A DNA stretch of 32,000 bases from Candidatus Poseidoniaceae archaeon (GTDB lineage: Archaea; Thermoplasmatota; Poseidoniia; Poseidoniales; Poseidoniaceae). The stretch spans positions 420,001 through 452,000 of the forward strand of contig CALSTM010000002.1 in the NCBI GenBank assembly GCA_943789275.1, read 5' to 3'. The translations under genes were made by a program, and so were the position numbers. The notes under the pieces were generated by a model. That model saw only the letters and a list, made by a program, of their open reading frames with translations, ran no database searches and was not told the DNA's origin. Of this stretch, positions 17,330 to 25,356 are shown piece by piece (the first letter of the stretch is position 1; each line of letters opens with the position of its first letter).

Positions 17330-18012
17330 TCCTCTTCCCCCTTTGGCTGACTAAGCGTCCATTCCTCAACCGACATATCAGCGAAGTGACCATCCTGAAT
17401 CTCCCAGATACGAGTGGCAAAATCCATGGCATTGTCTTCATGGTGCTCAACCATAATGACTGCTGTTCCATCCTCTACCAACTCATGAACCGCACCCAAT
17501 ACGATGTCCACGTTCGTTTGGTCAAGTTCGCCTAGGAATTCGTCCGCCAACATAAGCCGTGGGCGTTGTGCCAGCGTGCGAGCCGTAGCGACTCTGCGTT
17601 GTTGTCCACCGGATAAGCGACGAACTGGTTCTGAGGCTTTTTCTTCGATACCAAGCGTACGAATTGCCTCGTACGTTCTTTCTTTCCGGTCTTTGAACAT
17701 AGTTCTCGACCAACCCACACTCAAGCGCGCCCCTAGAGACACATTGTGGGCTACAGTGGCATGACGAACAAGGCCAAGACGTTGCGGAATATATCCGAGG
17801 CTTCCGCGTCGCTGGACATGGAGGGAAAAATTTCCATCTAAAGGCCGAACGAGTCCCGCAATGGTTCGAATAAGCGTCGTCTTTCCAATCCCAGATGGTC
17901 CAAGGATAGCGATGATTTCACCCGCATGAACATCGAGGGTAATTGGCTTCACAAGCGGGTGGTCGTATCCTATGACCAAGCCGTTCAAGGACAAAATGAC
18001 CTCTTCGCTCAT
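17326..18012 (-). CDS. phnC: ABC transporter ATP-binding protein (PhnC-like)
   Basis: Walker A GPSGIGKTT, signature LSGGQQRRV, and Walker B LMLADEFLGELD. Confidence 0.85.
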   Translation of the reverse strand: MSEEVILSLNGLVIGYDHPLVKPITLDVHAGEIIAILGPSGIGKTTLIRTIAGLVRPLDGNFSLHVQRRGSLGYIPQRLGLVRHATVAHNVSLGARLSVGWSRTMFKDRKERTYEAIRTLGIEEKASEPVRRLSGGQQRRVATARTLAQRPRLMLADEFLGELDQTNVDIVLGAVHELVEDGTAVIMVEHHEDNAMDFATRIWEIQDGHFADMSVEEWTLSQPKGEEE

Positions 18013-18158
18013 TGCAACCCCTCTGTTGAGCCTACCGGCTGGTCTTTTTCAAACGGTGGGCTCGGGCTGTACTGTCTTGTACAGATTAACGTGTGTATGA
18101 GTATCATTTCTAGGCCCCAAAGATGCCGACGGTTTCAGTCAAGGAAGACTGTCAGAAA

Positions 18159-20270
18159 TTACTCCGCAATCTCATACTTCGAATCAAAGTATGTTGAGAT
18201 GCCAGGTATGGCACTGATGAGACTGCTGTAGCTGCCGAGGTGTTCTTGCGAATTAACTTCGACCAAACCACCTGTGTTCAACACATTCGACAGGATTTGA
18301 TCGCCACAAGCCGATTGCGGCGAAGTCGAGTCTACTTGGTGAGTTACCATCGAGTAGCATCCGGTGTAGTTCTGTCCCTGCATAGGGTAATCTTCGACGT
18401 ACATCTCAGTGTTCAATGCCAACATTGCGTTGAGTATTGCGGTTCGAGTCTGAACATCAAGTGTGGCTGGGTTGTACATCACTGGGTGAGAAGGTGCAGA
18501 ACCGTAAGAAGGTAGCAAGATGTATTCAGATTCAGGAAGACACCACTCGGCATTCTCGCTTGCATCATCCTTACCGCAGTATGAAGCGACAGTGGAATCC
18601 TTTGCAAAGGCGACATCGCCGACTCCTTCTGTCAAGCACTTCACTGCGCCGGAGTAGGAGTAGTAAGGGGTACCTGATTCTGGAATACTTGCATTTTCGT
18701 TGAAGAACGAAGTGATGGTGTCACGTAGTGATTCAATATCATCCTGTGGACCAACGACTGGAGCATATCCTTCGGAGATAAGGTGGCCCATTGGCAGTAG
18801 CATGCCAGCAGATTTGAGCCAACCGGTGTGGCACGAGGTCTTTCCTGCCATCATGGCAAACGGATCTGTGGAATCATCGTCGTCCAAGTAGGCGTTCGCA
18901 ATATCTGAACCGTTGAGAACGACTGCATGTGCGTCGTAGTGTGTGCGGCCGTCAGATTTGAGGTCAGCTGCCATTGCAGCAAGGCCGTATTCTTTCCAAC
19001 CAACCCAAGCCGCACCGCCGTCCATGAAAGCGATGTCTGCATTACCAAAGCGAAGTGCTTCAATGATGGCCCCTTCAGAAGTGACCGGGTATAGCGTTAC
19101 TGTCACGCCAGTTTGTTCAGCGATGAAATCTGCTAGAACTTGTGGGTTCTCTGCTGGGTTTTCGTAATCGTCTTTCATTTCAAAAGCGATTCGAATATTG
19201 GAAATTGTTGGGGCCACTGAATCATTGATTTCGAACTTGGTATCGTAGTATGCCGAAATACCAGGTACGTCTTCAATCAAGTTTCCATAGGATGCAAGGT
19301 GTTCTGTGGCAGTGGTAGCTGAAATTGCAGGTGTATTGAGAACATCACTGAGAATTGATTGACCCTCGGTTGAATCCTTCATTGCCACGAGTGCGTTTTG
19401 TACGAGCGTCATTGTATCTGCATCGGTGGTAGATGGGTTGTACATCACCGGGTGCGAAGGAGCATTTCCGTACGAAGGCAACAAGAGGTAATCGGATTCT
19501 GGCAAGCACCATGCTTCATTGGTTGTTGCATCCTCATTACCACAGTAAGAAGCGATGGTCGAATCCTTTGCAAAGGCAACATCACCGACACCTTCGGAAA
19601 GGCACTTGACTGCACCGCTGTAGGAGTAGTATGGAGTTCCCGAATCTGGAATACTTGCATCTTCGCTGAAGAAGTTGGTAATGGTTGAGCGCAACGATTC
19701 GACATCGTTTGCGTCTCCAATGACGTTTGCATACCCGTTGCCAATAAGGAAGCCCATTGGCAGGAGCATACCGGCTGATTTGAGCCATCCTGTGTGACAC
19801 GAAGTCTTTCCAGCCATCAAAGAAAATGGATCTGTGGAAGGGTCATCGTCAAGGTGGGCTGCTGCAATGTCTGAGTCCTTGAGAACCACAGCATGAGCGC
19901 TGTAGTACGTTCGGCCATCGGACTTTTGATCTGCTGCAATTGCATCGAGGCCGTATTGTTGCCAACCAACCCATGCTGCACCGCCATCCATGAAAGCGAT
20001 GTCTGCATTTCCAAAGCGAAGAGCTTGGAGAGCAGCGCCTTCTGAATCAATTGGATAGAGTGATACATCCATATTGAGTTCTTCACTCATGTAATCTGCG
20101 AGACGTTGAGGATTTTCGTCGACGTTTGTGTAATCGTCTTTGATGCTGTATGCAATGACAAAGTCTTCTAAGTTGCTTTCTTCTTCTGTATCGTCACTTA
20201 AACAGCCAGCAAGGGATGCTGTAGCAATTAAGAAAACAAGTATCGAGGATTTCAGTGTTCGCGTTTTCAT
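18159..20270 (-). CDS. two-lobed substrate-binding lipoprotein, transferrin-like / PhnD-like (tandem duplicated PBP)
   Basis: MKTRTLKSSILVFLIATASLAGC gives a signal peptide plus lipobox from the ATG at 20270. It has two lobes of about 330 aa, each carrying ADIAFMDGG, T(Y/H)Y.AHAVV, GKTSCHTGWLKSAG, YYSYSGAVKCL.EGVGDVAFAKDST and APSHPV. Confidence 0.85.
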   Translation of the reverse strand: MKTRTLKSSILVFLIATASLAGCLSDDTEEESNLEDFVIAYSIKDDYTNVDENPQRLADYMSEELNMDVSLYPIDSEGAALQALRFGNADIAFMDGGAAWVGWQQYGLDAIAADQKSDGRTYYSAHAVVLKDSDIAAAHLDDDPSTDPFSLMAGKTSCHTGWLKSAGMLLPMGFLIGNGYANVIGDANDVESLRSTITNFFSEDASIPDSGTPYYSYSGAVKCLSEGVGDVAFAKDSTIASYCGNEDATTNEAWCLPESDYLLLPSYGNAPSHPVMYNPSTTDADTMTLVQNALVAMKDSTEGQSILSDVLNTPAISATTATEHLASYGNLIEDVPGISAYYDTKFEINDSVAPTISNIRIAFEMKDDYENPAENPQVLADFIAEQTGVTVTLYPVTSEGAIIEALRFGNADIAFMDGGAAWVGWKEYGLAAMAADLKSDGRTHYDAHAVVLNGSDIANAYLDDDDSTDPFAMMAGKTSCHTGWLKSAGMLLPMGHLISEGYAPVVGPQDDIESLRDTITSFFNENASIPESGTPYYSYSGAVKCLTEGVGDVAFAKDSTVASYCGKDDASENAEWCLPESEYILLPSYGSAPSHPVMYNPATLDVQTRTAILNAMLALNTEMYVEDYPMQGQNYTGCYSMVTHQVDSTSPQSACGDQILSNVLNTGGLVEVNSQEHLGSYSSLISAIPGISTYFDSKYEIAE
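18162..20162 (-). repeat. in-frame tandem duplication (register 966 nt) forming the two lobes
   Basis: Lobe 2 (18162..19196) versus lobe 1 (19218..20162). For example, 19021..19055 and 19987..20021 differ at one base, and gatttgagcca occurs at both 18811 and 19777. Confidence 0.85.
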
Positions 20271-20285
20271 GTTATGACCTACGGG

Positions 20286-20339
20286 TTTAGGCCGCCCTAA
20301 AAACCCGATGTACATAAAGATTTAGGCCACCCTAAAAAA
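20286..20339. promoter_or_regulatory. two copies of a palindromic box TTTAGG-N4-CCTAAA(AA) upstream of the binding-protein gene
   Basis: TTTAGGCCGCCCTAAAAA at 20286..20303 and TTTAGGCCACCCTAAAAAA at 20321..20339, 35 nt apart. They flank a TATA-like CTTTATGTA on the gene strand and lie 16-69 nt upstream of the ATG at 20270. Confidence 0.4.
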
Positions 20340-20380
20340 TGCGTGCGCTTGGGACTTTCCTAAGAAAAAGAGGGTGCTGC

Positions 20381-21274
20381 TCATGAAGAGAGCCATTCCA
20401 AAGCGTACGATTCAGCGTAACGGTCAGAAGTCAAACCGGGATGCCCAATGGGGCGAACGATGACCAAAATATCGAGTGTCCCCCCCCACGAACTGGTGGC
20501 GATGCAAAGGACCTCTCCAACCTTGAGACCCTCGCCTGATGCACCGATGGATAGACTACGAAGTTCGTATAACCGTACAAGCACTGATTCGTCAACCCCT
20601 GCTGAAGTCGATGAGTAATGATGGGTGTCTTCAGCAAGCATGGGTTCGAGTTTCATTTCATCCACATCTAGGCGAAAGCCAGACAATTCTTGGTCGAGAA
20701 GTTCGATTGCTTGATTGAGACGCCCCTGTTCCATGTCGAAAAGAGAGGCGAGGAGGAATGCTGAAGACTCCGCCCCAATTGGACTGTATTGGTAAGGCAG
20801 GCGAAGCGTAAGGGATTGAACAATCTCTACATCAAGCCCCCCAGATTCTGGCAACATGAGCCAAGTATACTGTTCTCCAGCAGGATAAAGCGGTGCGTTG
20901 GGATTTTCAGCCAACAAAGGATTCCCCCATTCAGAAGGTGCAACTGGCCCTGAAACGGGGGAAAAGCCGCCGACGAACAGCATCACGATAAGTCCAACAC
21001 TAACGATGATTCGCGGTTTCCGGTAGGAATCCCAAGCCATACGCCCAGCCGGACTGAGAATGGATAACAAGAGCATTACGGGGCCAGCCAGCAAAAAACC
21101 ACCTGGCAGAATCCAAAGAAGAATGAAGAAGGAAACGAGTGCATGAAAGCCGTAAGGCCCGTACAGGTCTTGCCACACAAATTCCTCATCTGCTGCCCAT
21201 TTACGGCGTTCTAGAAACACGTGAGCAGTTACAAAGACAAGAAGAAAAATCGATGGAACAAAATCCTCAATCAT
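20381..21274 (-). CDS. hypothetical membrane protein (N-terminal TM helices plus a soluble C-terminal domain)
   Basis: 297-aa ORF with 3-4 hydrophobic helices in the first 120 aa. No family recognised. Confidence 0.6.
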   Translation of the reverse strand: MIEDFVPSIFLLVFVTAHVFLERRKWAADEEFVWQDLYGPYGFHALVSFFILLWILPGGFLLAGPVMLLLSILSPAGRMAWDSYRKPRIIVSVGLIVMLFVGGFSPVSGPVAPSEWGNPLLAENPNAPLYPAGEQYTWLMLPESGGLDVEIVQSLTLRLPYQYSPIGAESSAFLLASLFDMEQGRLNQAIELLDQELSGFRLDVDEMKLEPMLAEDTHHYSSTSAGVDESVLVRLYELRSLSIGASGEGLKVGEVLCIATSSWGGTLDILVIVRPIGHPGLTSDRYAESYALEWLSS

Positions 21275-21319
21275 CTTCAGCCCGTTCGTCGAAAGGACAT
21301 TCTCGTCATGAGTCTTGGG

Positions 21320-21337
21320 GTTTGAACGACTTCAAAC
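21320..21337. promoter_or_regulatory. perfect inverted repeat in a divergent intergenic region
   Basis: GTTTGAA-cgac-TTCAAAC lies between the divergently transcribed genes starting at 21274 (-) and 21373 (+). Confidence 0.25.
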
Positions 21338-21372
21338 GGTAGATTGTCAAACCTCGACCCCCACGCCGTGTC

Positions 21373-22392
21373 ATGGAGGAAGTTGTTCTGCGGCTCAAAG
21401 CAGCAACATACCGGCATTCGGTCTATGCGCCCCTCCCACTGAAACCTTGGCGTAGAGTCAAGGGGCCTGGAATCTTTGAGGCCAATATTTCGCTGCAAAA
21501 AGGGACTGTTCTCGGCCTCGTAGGCCCTAACGGTGCTGGCAAAACCACGCTGTTGCGTGTTTTGGCTGGTATCTTACCGCTGCAAAAAGGCGGCGTATAT
21601 TCAGGGTCGGATGAACTTGTGCGAACTGAACAACAACTCCGGAAAATGGTTGGTCACATGCCTGAACAAGTCCGATGGCAAGGGCGTAAAACTGTACGCC
21701 AAGCCTTGCTTGAACTTGGAGAGATGCGACATGCAAGTGAAAAAAGAATTGACGGCATCTTGACTCTTGTCGGCCTCAGTGCTCGTAAAGATTCAGCGTT
21801 GAGTGAACTGAGCCAGGGCATGCGTCAACGACTCACGCTTGGAGTTGCTCTTCTTGGTTCGCCAAAGATACTTCTCCTCGATGAACCACTCAATGGGCTT
21901 GACCCTGTAGGAGCTGCTGCATTTGTAGCGCTGCTAAAATCACTGACTGAAAAAGGTGTTTCCATCGTTGTTTCATCCCACCAAGTCGAAGGTTTGGTTG
22001 ACATTATTGACCGGTTGGCTTTGATGCACAGAGGACATATTCTGGCCGAAGGAACACTGAGTGAAGTCGCTAAGAGTTTGAAACTTGACAATAAAACCGA
22101 GATCAAAGGAACCGGAGACCCTCCTCGCTTCCAAAATTACGAAATCAATCCGAGGCTTGTACACATTGAAGAAAAGAACGGAAATTGGACTGCGCTCTTA
22201 GAACAGGCTCAACCGCACCTGCTTGCAAAATTGGTAAACGACGGTGTTGAAATCACGGAATGGAGTATACGCCAACCCAATGTGGTCGAGATGCTGTGTG
22301 CAGCAACCGGGCAATCCATCGAAGATGTGGGCCTTGAAGTGGCGTCCAGTGCCTATGTGCCGCTACGAACATTTGGGGGTGAAGAGGAATGA
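21373..22392 (+). CDS. ABC transporter ATP-binding protein (ABC-2/exporter type) with a C-terminal extension of about 100 aa
   Basis: Walker A GPNGAGKTT, signature LSQGMRQRL, and Walker B LLLDEPLNGLD. Confidence 0.9.
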   Translation: MEEVVLRLKAATYRHSVYAPLPLKPWRRVKGPGIFEANISLQKGTVLGLVGPNGAGKTTLLRVLAGILPLQKGGVYSGSDELVRTEQQLRKMVGHMPEQVRWQGRKTVRQALLELGEMRHASEKRIDGILTLVGLSARKDSALSELSQGMRQRLTLGVALLGSPKILLLDEPLNGLDPVGAAAFVALLKSLTEKGVSIVVSSHQVEGLVDIIDRLALMHRGHILAEGTLSEVAKSLKLDNKTEIKGTGDPPRFQNYEINPRLVHIEEKNGNWTALLEQAQPHLLAKLVNDGVEITEWSIRQPNVVEMLCAATGQSIEDVGLEVASSAYVPLRTFGGEEE

Positions 22393-23219
22393 ACGACTTC
22401 AATCGAATAGTGAAGTTGGCCAAGCGCCTCACTTTGGATCGGATGTTTTCGACTCGAATGTACATCATGCTCCCCGTTCTTCTGCTGTTTATTCCTGGAA
22501 TGGCTTGGGGATTTTCTGATCCGGATATTGTACTCCCTGGTGGTCACCAACCTGAAAGTGCAATGGAGGTTCTTTTCTATGCAAGCCTTGGTGTTGTGTT
22601 CGGGGCAACAATGTGTGCCGTATTGCTTTCCTATGACGGAGTGAGCCGCGAGCGTGCGAGTGGCGTATTGGAATTGCGACTTTCTCAACCGATGTCGAGA
22701 GCTCATCAATCGATTGCAATGATTCTTGGCTCATGGAAAGCGATACTCATTCCGACATGGCTGTTGCTGTTCATGTCTGTTCTTGTGGTGCGATATCGGA
22801 TGGGAGAATGGATCTCAATCGCTGATGTACTGGTCTATTTTTCTTCAACTGCTCTCATTTTGTTGTGGTATGTTCTGTTCACACTCCTCGCATCTTCGTA
22901 CACAAGGGAACAAGGAACGGCCATATCGTTCGGTGTCGGGATGTGGTTTCTCTTCACATTCCTATGGGCTTTGATAACCACCATGGTCGCCTTTGCATCG
23001 GGTGTTTCAATCGGCCAAGAAAACGATGCCTCTTGGGTCATGCTGGAAGGTGCTTTGGACTTGCTGTCACCGAACGGCGTCTACCATCATCTCTTGGAAA
23101 CTCGATTACCTCAAATCGATCGAGGGATTGCTTCATGGCAAAGTTGGTCCATGGGATTGGTATGGACGGTCTTGCCTTCATGGATGTTTATACGCCGGAT
23201 GGAGAAGATACTTCCTTAG
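22389..23219 (+). CDS. ABC-2 type permease (NosY/GldF-like)
   Basis: Six predicted TM helices. The ATGA start overlaps the ATPase stop, and GGGGTGA lies 6 nt upstream. Confidence 0.75.
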   Translation: MNDFNRIVKLAKRLTLDRMFSTRMYIMLPVLLLFIPGMAWGFSDPDIVLPGGHQPESAMEVLFYASLGVVFGATMCAVLLSYDGVSRERASGVLELRLSQPMSRAHQSIAMILGSWKAILIPTWLLLFMSVLVVRYRMGEWISIADVLVYFSSTALILLWYVLFTLLASSYTREQGTAISFGVGMWFLFTFLWALITTMVAFASGVSIGQENDASWVMLEGALDLLSPNGVYHHLLETRLPQIDRGIASWQSWSMGLVWTVLPSWMFIRRMEKILP

Positions 23220-23287
23220 GCTAAAGAGATAGTTTGACCGGCCGCAAGAGCGAAAGCCTCTTTGAGGCATGATGACAACGTCATCCC

Positions 23288-25300
23288 ATGGCAGCACGCA
23301 CTACAGTCGGACTTTCCAACCCCCACACCCGAGTTTTCACTGCAATTCTCATGGTCTTCTTGATGTTCTTTATGGGCACATCTTCTCTCTACACGCCTGA
23401 AAAGGTGCTGGAAAACGAAGACAATGCAGCACCTACAGATGGCCGCCAAGGACTCGCAATAGAAGATGAATGTGAAGGACTGAAGTTTGAAGACCTCTTC
23501 GATTATGATTTTGCTAATTTCAAGGTCTTTATCGGTGATGATTGGGCGACCGCAGAAATGGACGCTGGAGCGTTTGTGAACGGAAGCAAATCTGCCGTTG
23601 TACGAGACAACCTTGACGGTTTATTCGAAGGGCTTTCTGGTGGAGGTAACGACTACATCAGTACCGATGAACGAGATGCAGTACGCGCCATTGGACCGAA
23701 GTGCATTGGAGCAATGGACACACGAATCGGTATGAAAGAAGGAATCCCTCACCGAGGTGCACCGGATTGGAACAATCTTACGTTTGTCGAAGACGGCATT
23801 GGACTGGAAGAAATTGACCTCGTTCCTGAAAACCACCCTCAAGAGCGTACGTGCCAAAATCTAGGGTCAGCCAACGGATGCAAAGAAGTCCCTGTGAGCA
23901 TTACAGAAGACCTACAAATCATGATGTTCCTGGCGGAGGACCAAGCAAACAATGTCCGCTTTGACAAGCTTCCAAACAGCGGAGATTCGAATTTCACATT
24001 GGCTCTAAACGTCACGAACATGTCGTATGCAAACTTAGAACTGAACTTCCCCCTCAAGCAAGGGTTACGCATGAGTAATTATTCGATTCAAGACACCGTT
24101 ACCAACAACGATGGAACAATGACCGTTACGGAAAATACACAATTAACCGGACCTGAGGCACTGTATCTACCCGATGGCCGACTCCGTGTGAACCAAGTGG
24201 TGACTTACGCTGCGGGAGAATACCCAATTCAACGTGACTTGTTTATCGATTTCACAACAATGGCACCTGAAACCAACGAAGCACCTGAATGGTCATCGAA
24301 TGCTCCTGAAGACGGAACAGTCATCCCGATGTTGGCCGGACAGAACATCGTCGTAGCGGGCGAAAAGACCGAAATGTGGGCGACCGATGACAGCGGCTGG
24401 GGAATAGATTGCACATTCACTGAAAGTGGATGGTCATCCTCACTCGATGGTGAAGGAAACTTCATGATTGAAAATCAAAACTCACAAGCCACTTCCTCCG
24501 ACGCAGAATGCTATGCGGTTGACCCGTTTGGTGAAGCTTCAATCGATTCTCGAAACTGGAGTTTTGGAGAAGTACTTACCGCATCTGCAGTTCTTTCTTC
24601 GACTGGAGACAGTATTGAATTCACGCTTTCACCAACTGGATTAGTCAATGAAATGTCAATTAACGCTCATGCGCACCAGTCAACTGCTATGGGTCAGATG
24701 CGTACAACTACGCTCTCATCTGACGATGCTGTTCTCACCCTACCCCTCGACGGCCTATCCCCTGGCCTGGTCATGGTCATGGGACAAGCACAAAGTTCTA
24801 CAATGCTCGACCTTGATTTTATGCTGAACTTCGGGCTTCAGAAAGCCAGTCTTGCACCACTCATCAGCGTCTCAAAGAACCTTGATGGAAACAACGCCAC
24901 ATGGGAAGCGAGTGGCCTTTCCTTCACCCTTAAAGGCGAGGTAGTGGACCCTGATGGTGAAGATGTTACCATTTCGCTGTTGCTGTGTGGTTATTCGACC
25001 AACGATTTCCTTCGAGACGGAAGCGGATGGGAAATCAACGTCAACATCGTTTCTTGCTCATCCCAAAACCCTCCTGTCACCGCCTACGACATCGTGTTGA
25101 CTGCTACCGATGAATCGGGAACAATTACGACATACACGGTGTTTGTCCCAGACCCATACGCTTCAACCGGCGACTCAACAAGCACGCCTGACGACGGAGA
25201 GAATTCCGAAGAGGAAGCGTTGCCTGCATTGTCGATGATGGCGACACTGAGCATCACATTGCTTGGGGCTGCCTTTGTTGGCAGACAACGAAGAGACTGA
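23288..25300 (+). CDS. large extracytoplasmic protein anchored at both ends (N-terminal signal-anchor, C-terminal TM plus basic tail)
   Basis: N-terminal VFTAILMVFLMFFMGTSSLY and C-terminal LPALSMMATLSITLLGAAFVGRQRRD. The acidic Thr/Asn-rich ectodomain has no recognised catalytic motif. Confidence 0.7.
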   Translation: MAARTTVGLSNPHTRVFTAILMVFLMFFMGTSSLYTPEKVLENEDNAAPTDGRQGLAIEDECEGLKFEDLFDYDFANFKVFIGDDWATAEMDAGAFVNGSKSAVVRDNLDGLFEGLSGGGNDYISTDERDAVRAIGPKCIGAMDTRIGMKEGIPHRGAPDWNNLTFVEDGIGLEEIDLVPENHPQERTCQNLGSANGCKEVPVSITEDLQIMMFLAEDQANNVRFDKLPNSGDSNFTLALNVTNMSYANLELNFPLKQGLRMSNYSIQDTVTNNDGTMTVTENTQLTGPEALYLPDGRLRVNQVVTYAAGEYPIQRDLFIDFTTMAPETNEAPEWSSNAPEDGTVIPMLAGQNIVVAGEKTEMWATDDSGWGIDCTFTESGWSSSLDGEGNFMIENQNSQATSSDAECYAVDPFGEASIDSRNWSFGEVLTASAVLSSTGDSIEFTLSPTGLVNEMSINAHAHQSTAMGQMRTTTLSSDDAVLTLPLDGLSPGLVMVMGQAQSSTMLDLDFMLNFGLQKASLAPLISVSKNLDGNNATWEASGLSFTLKGEVVDPDGEDVTISLLLCGYSTNDFLRDGSGWEINVNIVSCSSQNPPVTAYDIVLTATDESGTITTYTVFVPDPYASTGDSTSTPDDGENSEEEALPALSMMATLSITLLGAAFVGRQRRD

Positions 25301-25356
25301 TGGCTTGAACCGGCATCCTCAAAAGAGGAGGTTCAGCCCAATAAGCAGGTGAAGGT

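Noticed and set aside
20271-20315. Upstream ATG (MYIGFLGRPKPVGHN...) as the start of the binding protein.
   Set aside because: The Met at 20270 begins a textbook signal peptide plus lipobox (MKTRTLKSSILVFLIATASLAGC). The upstream 15 codons would bury one palindromic box in coding sequence.
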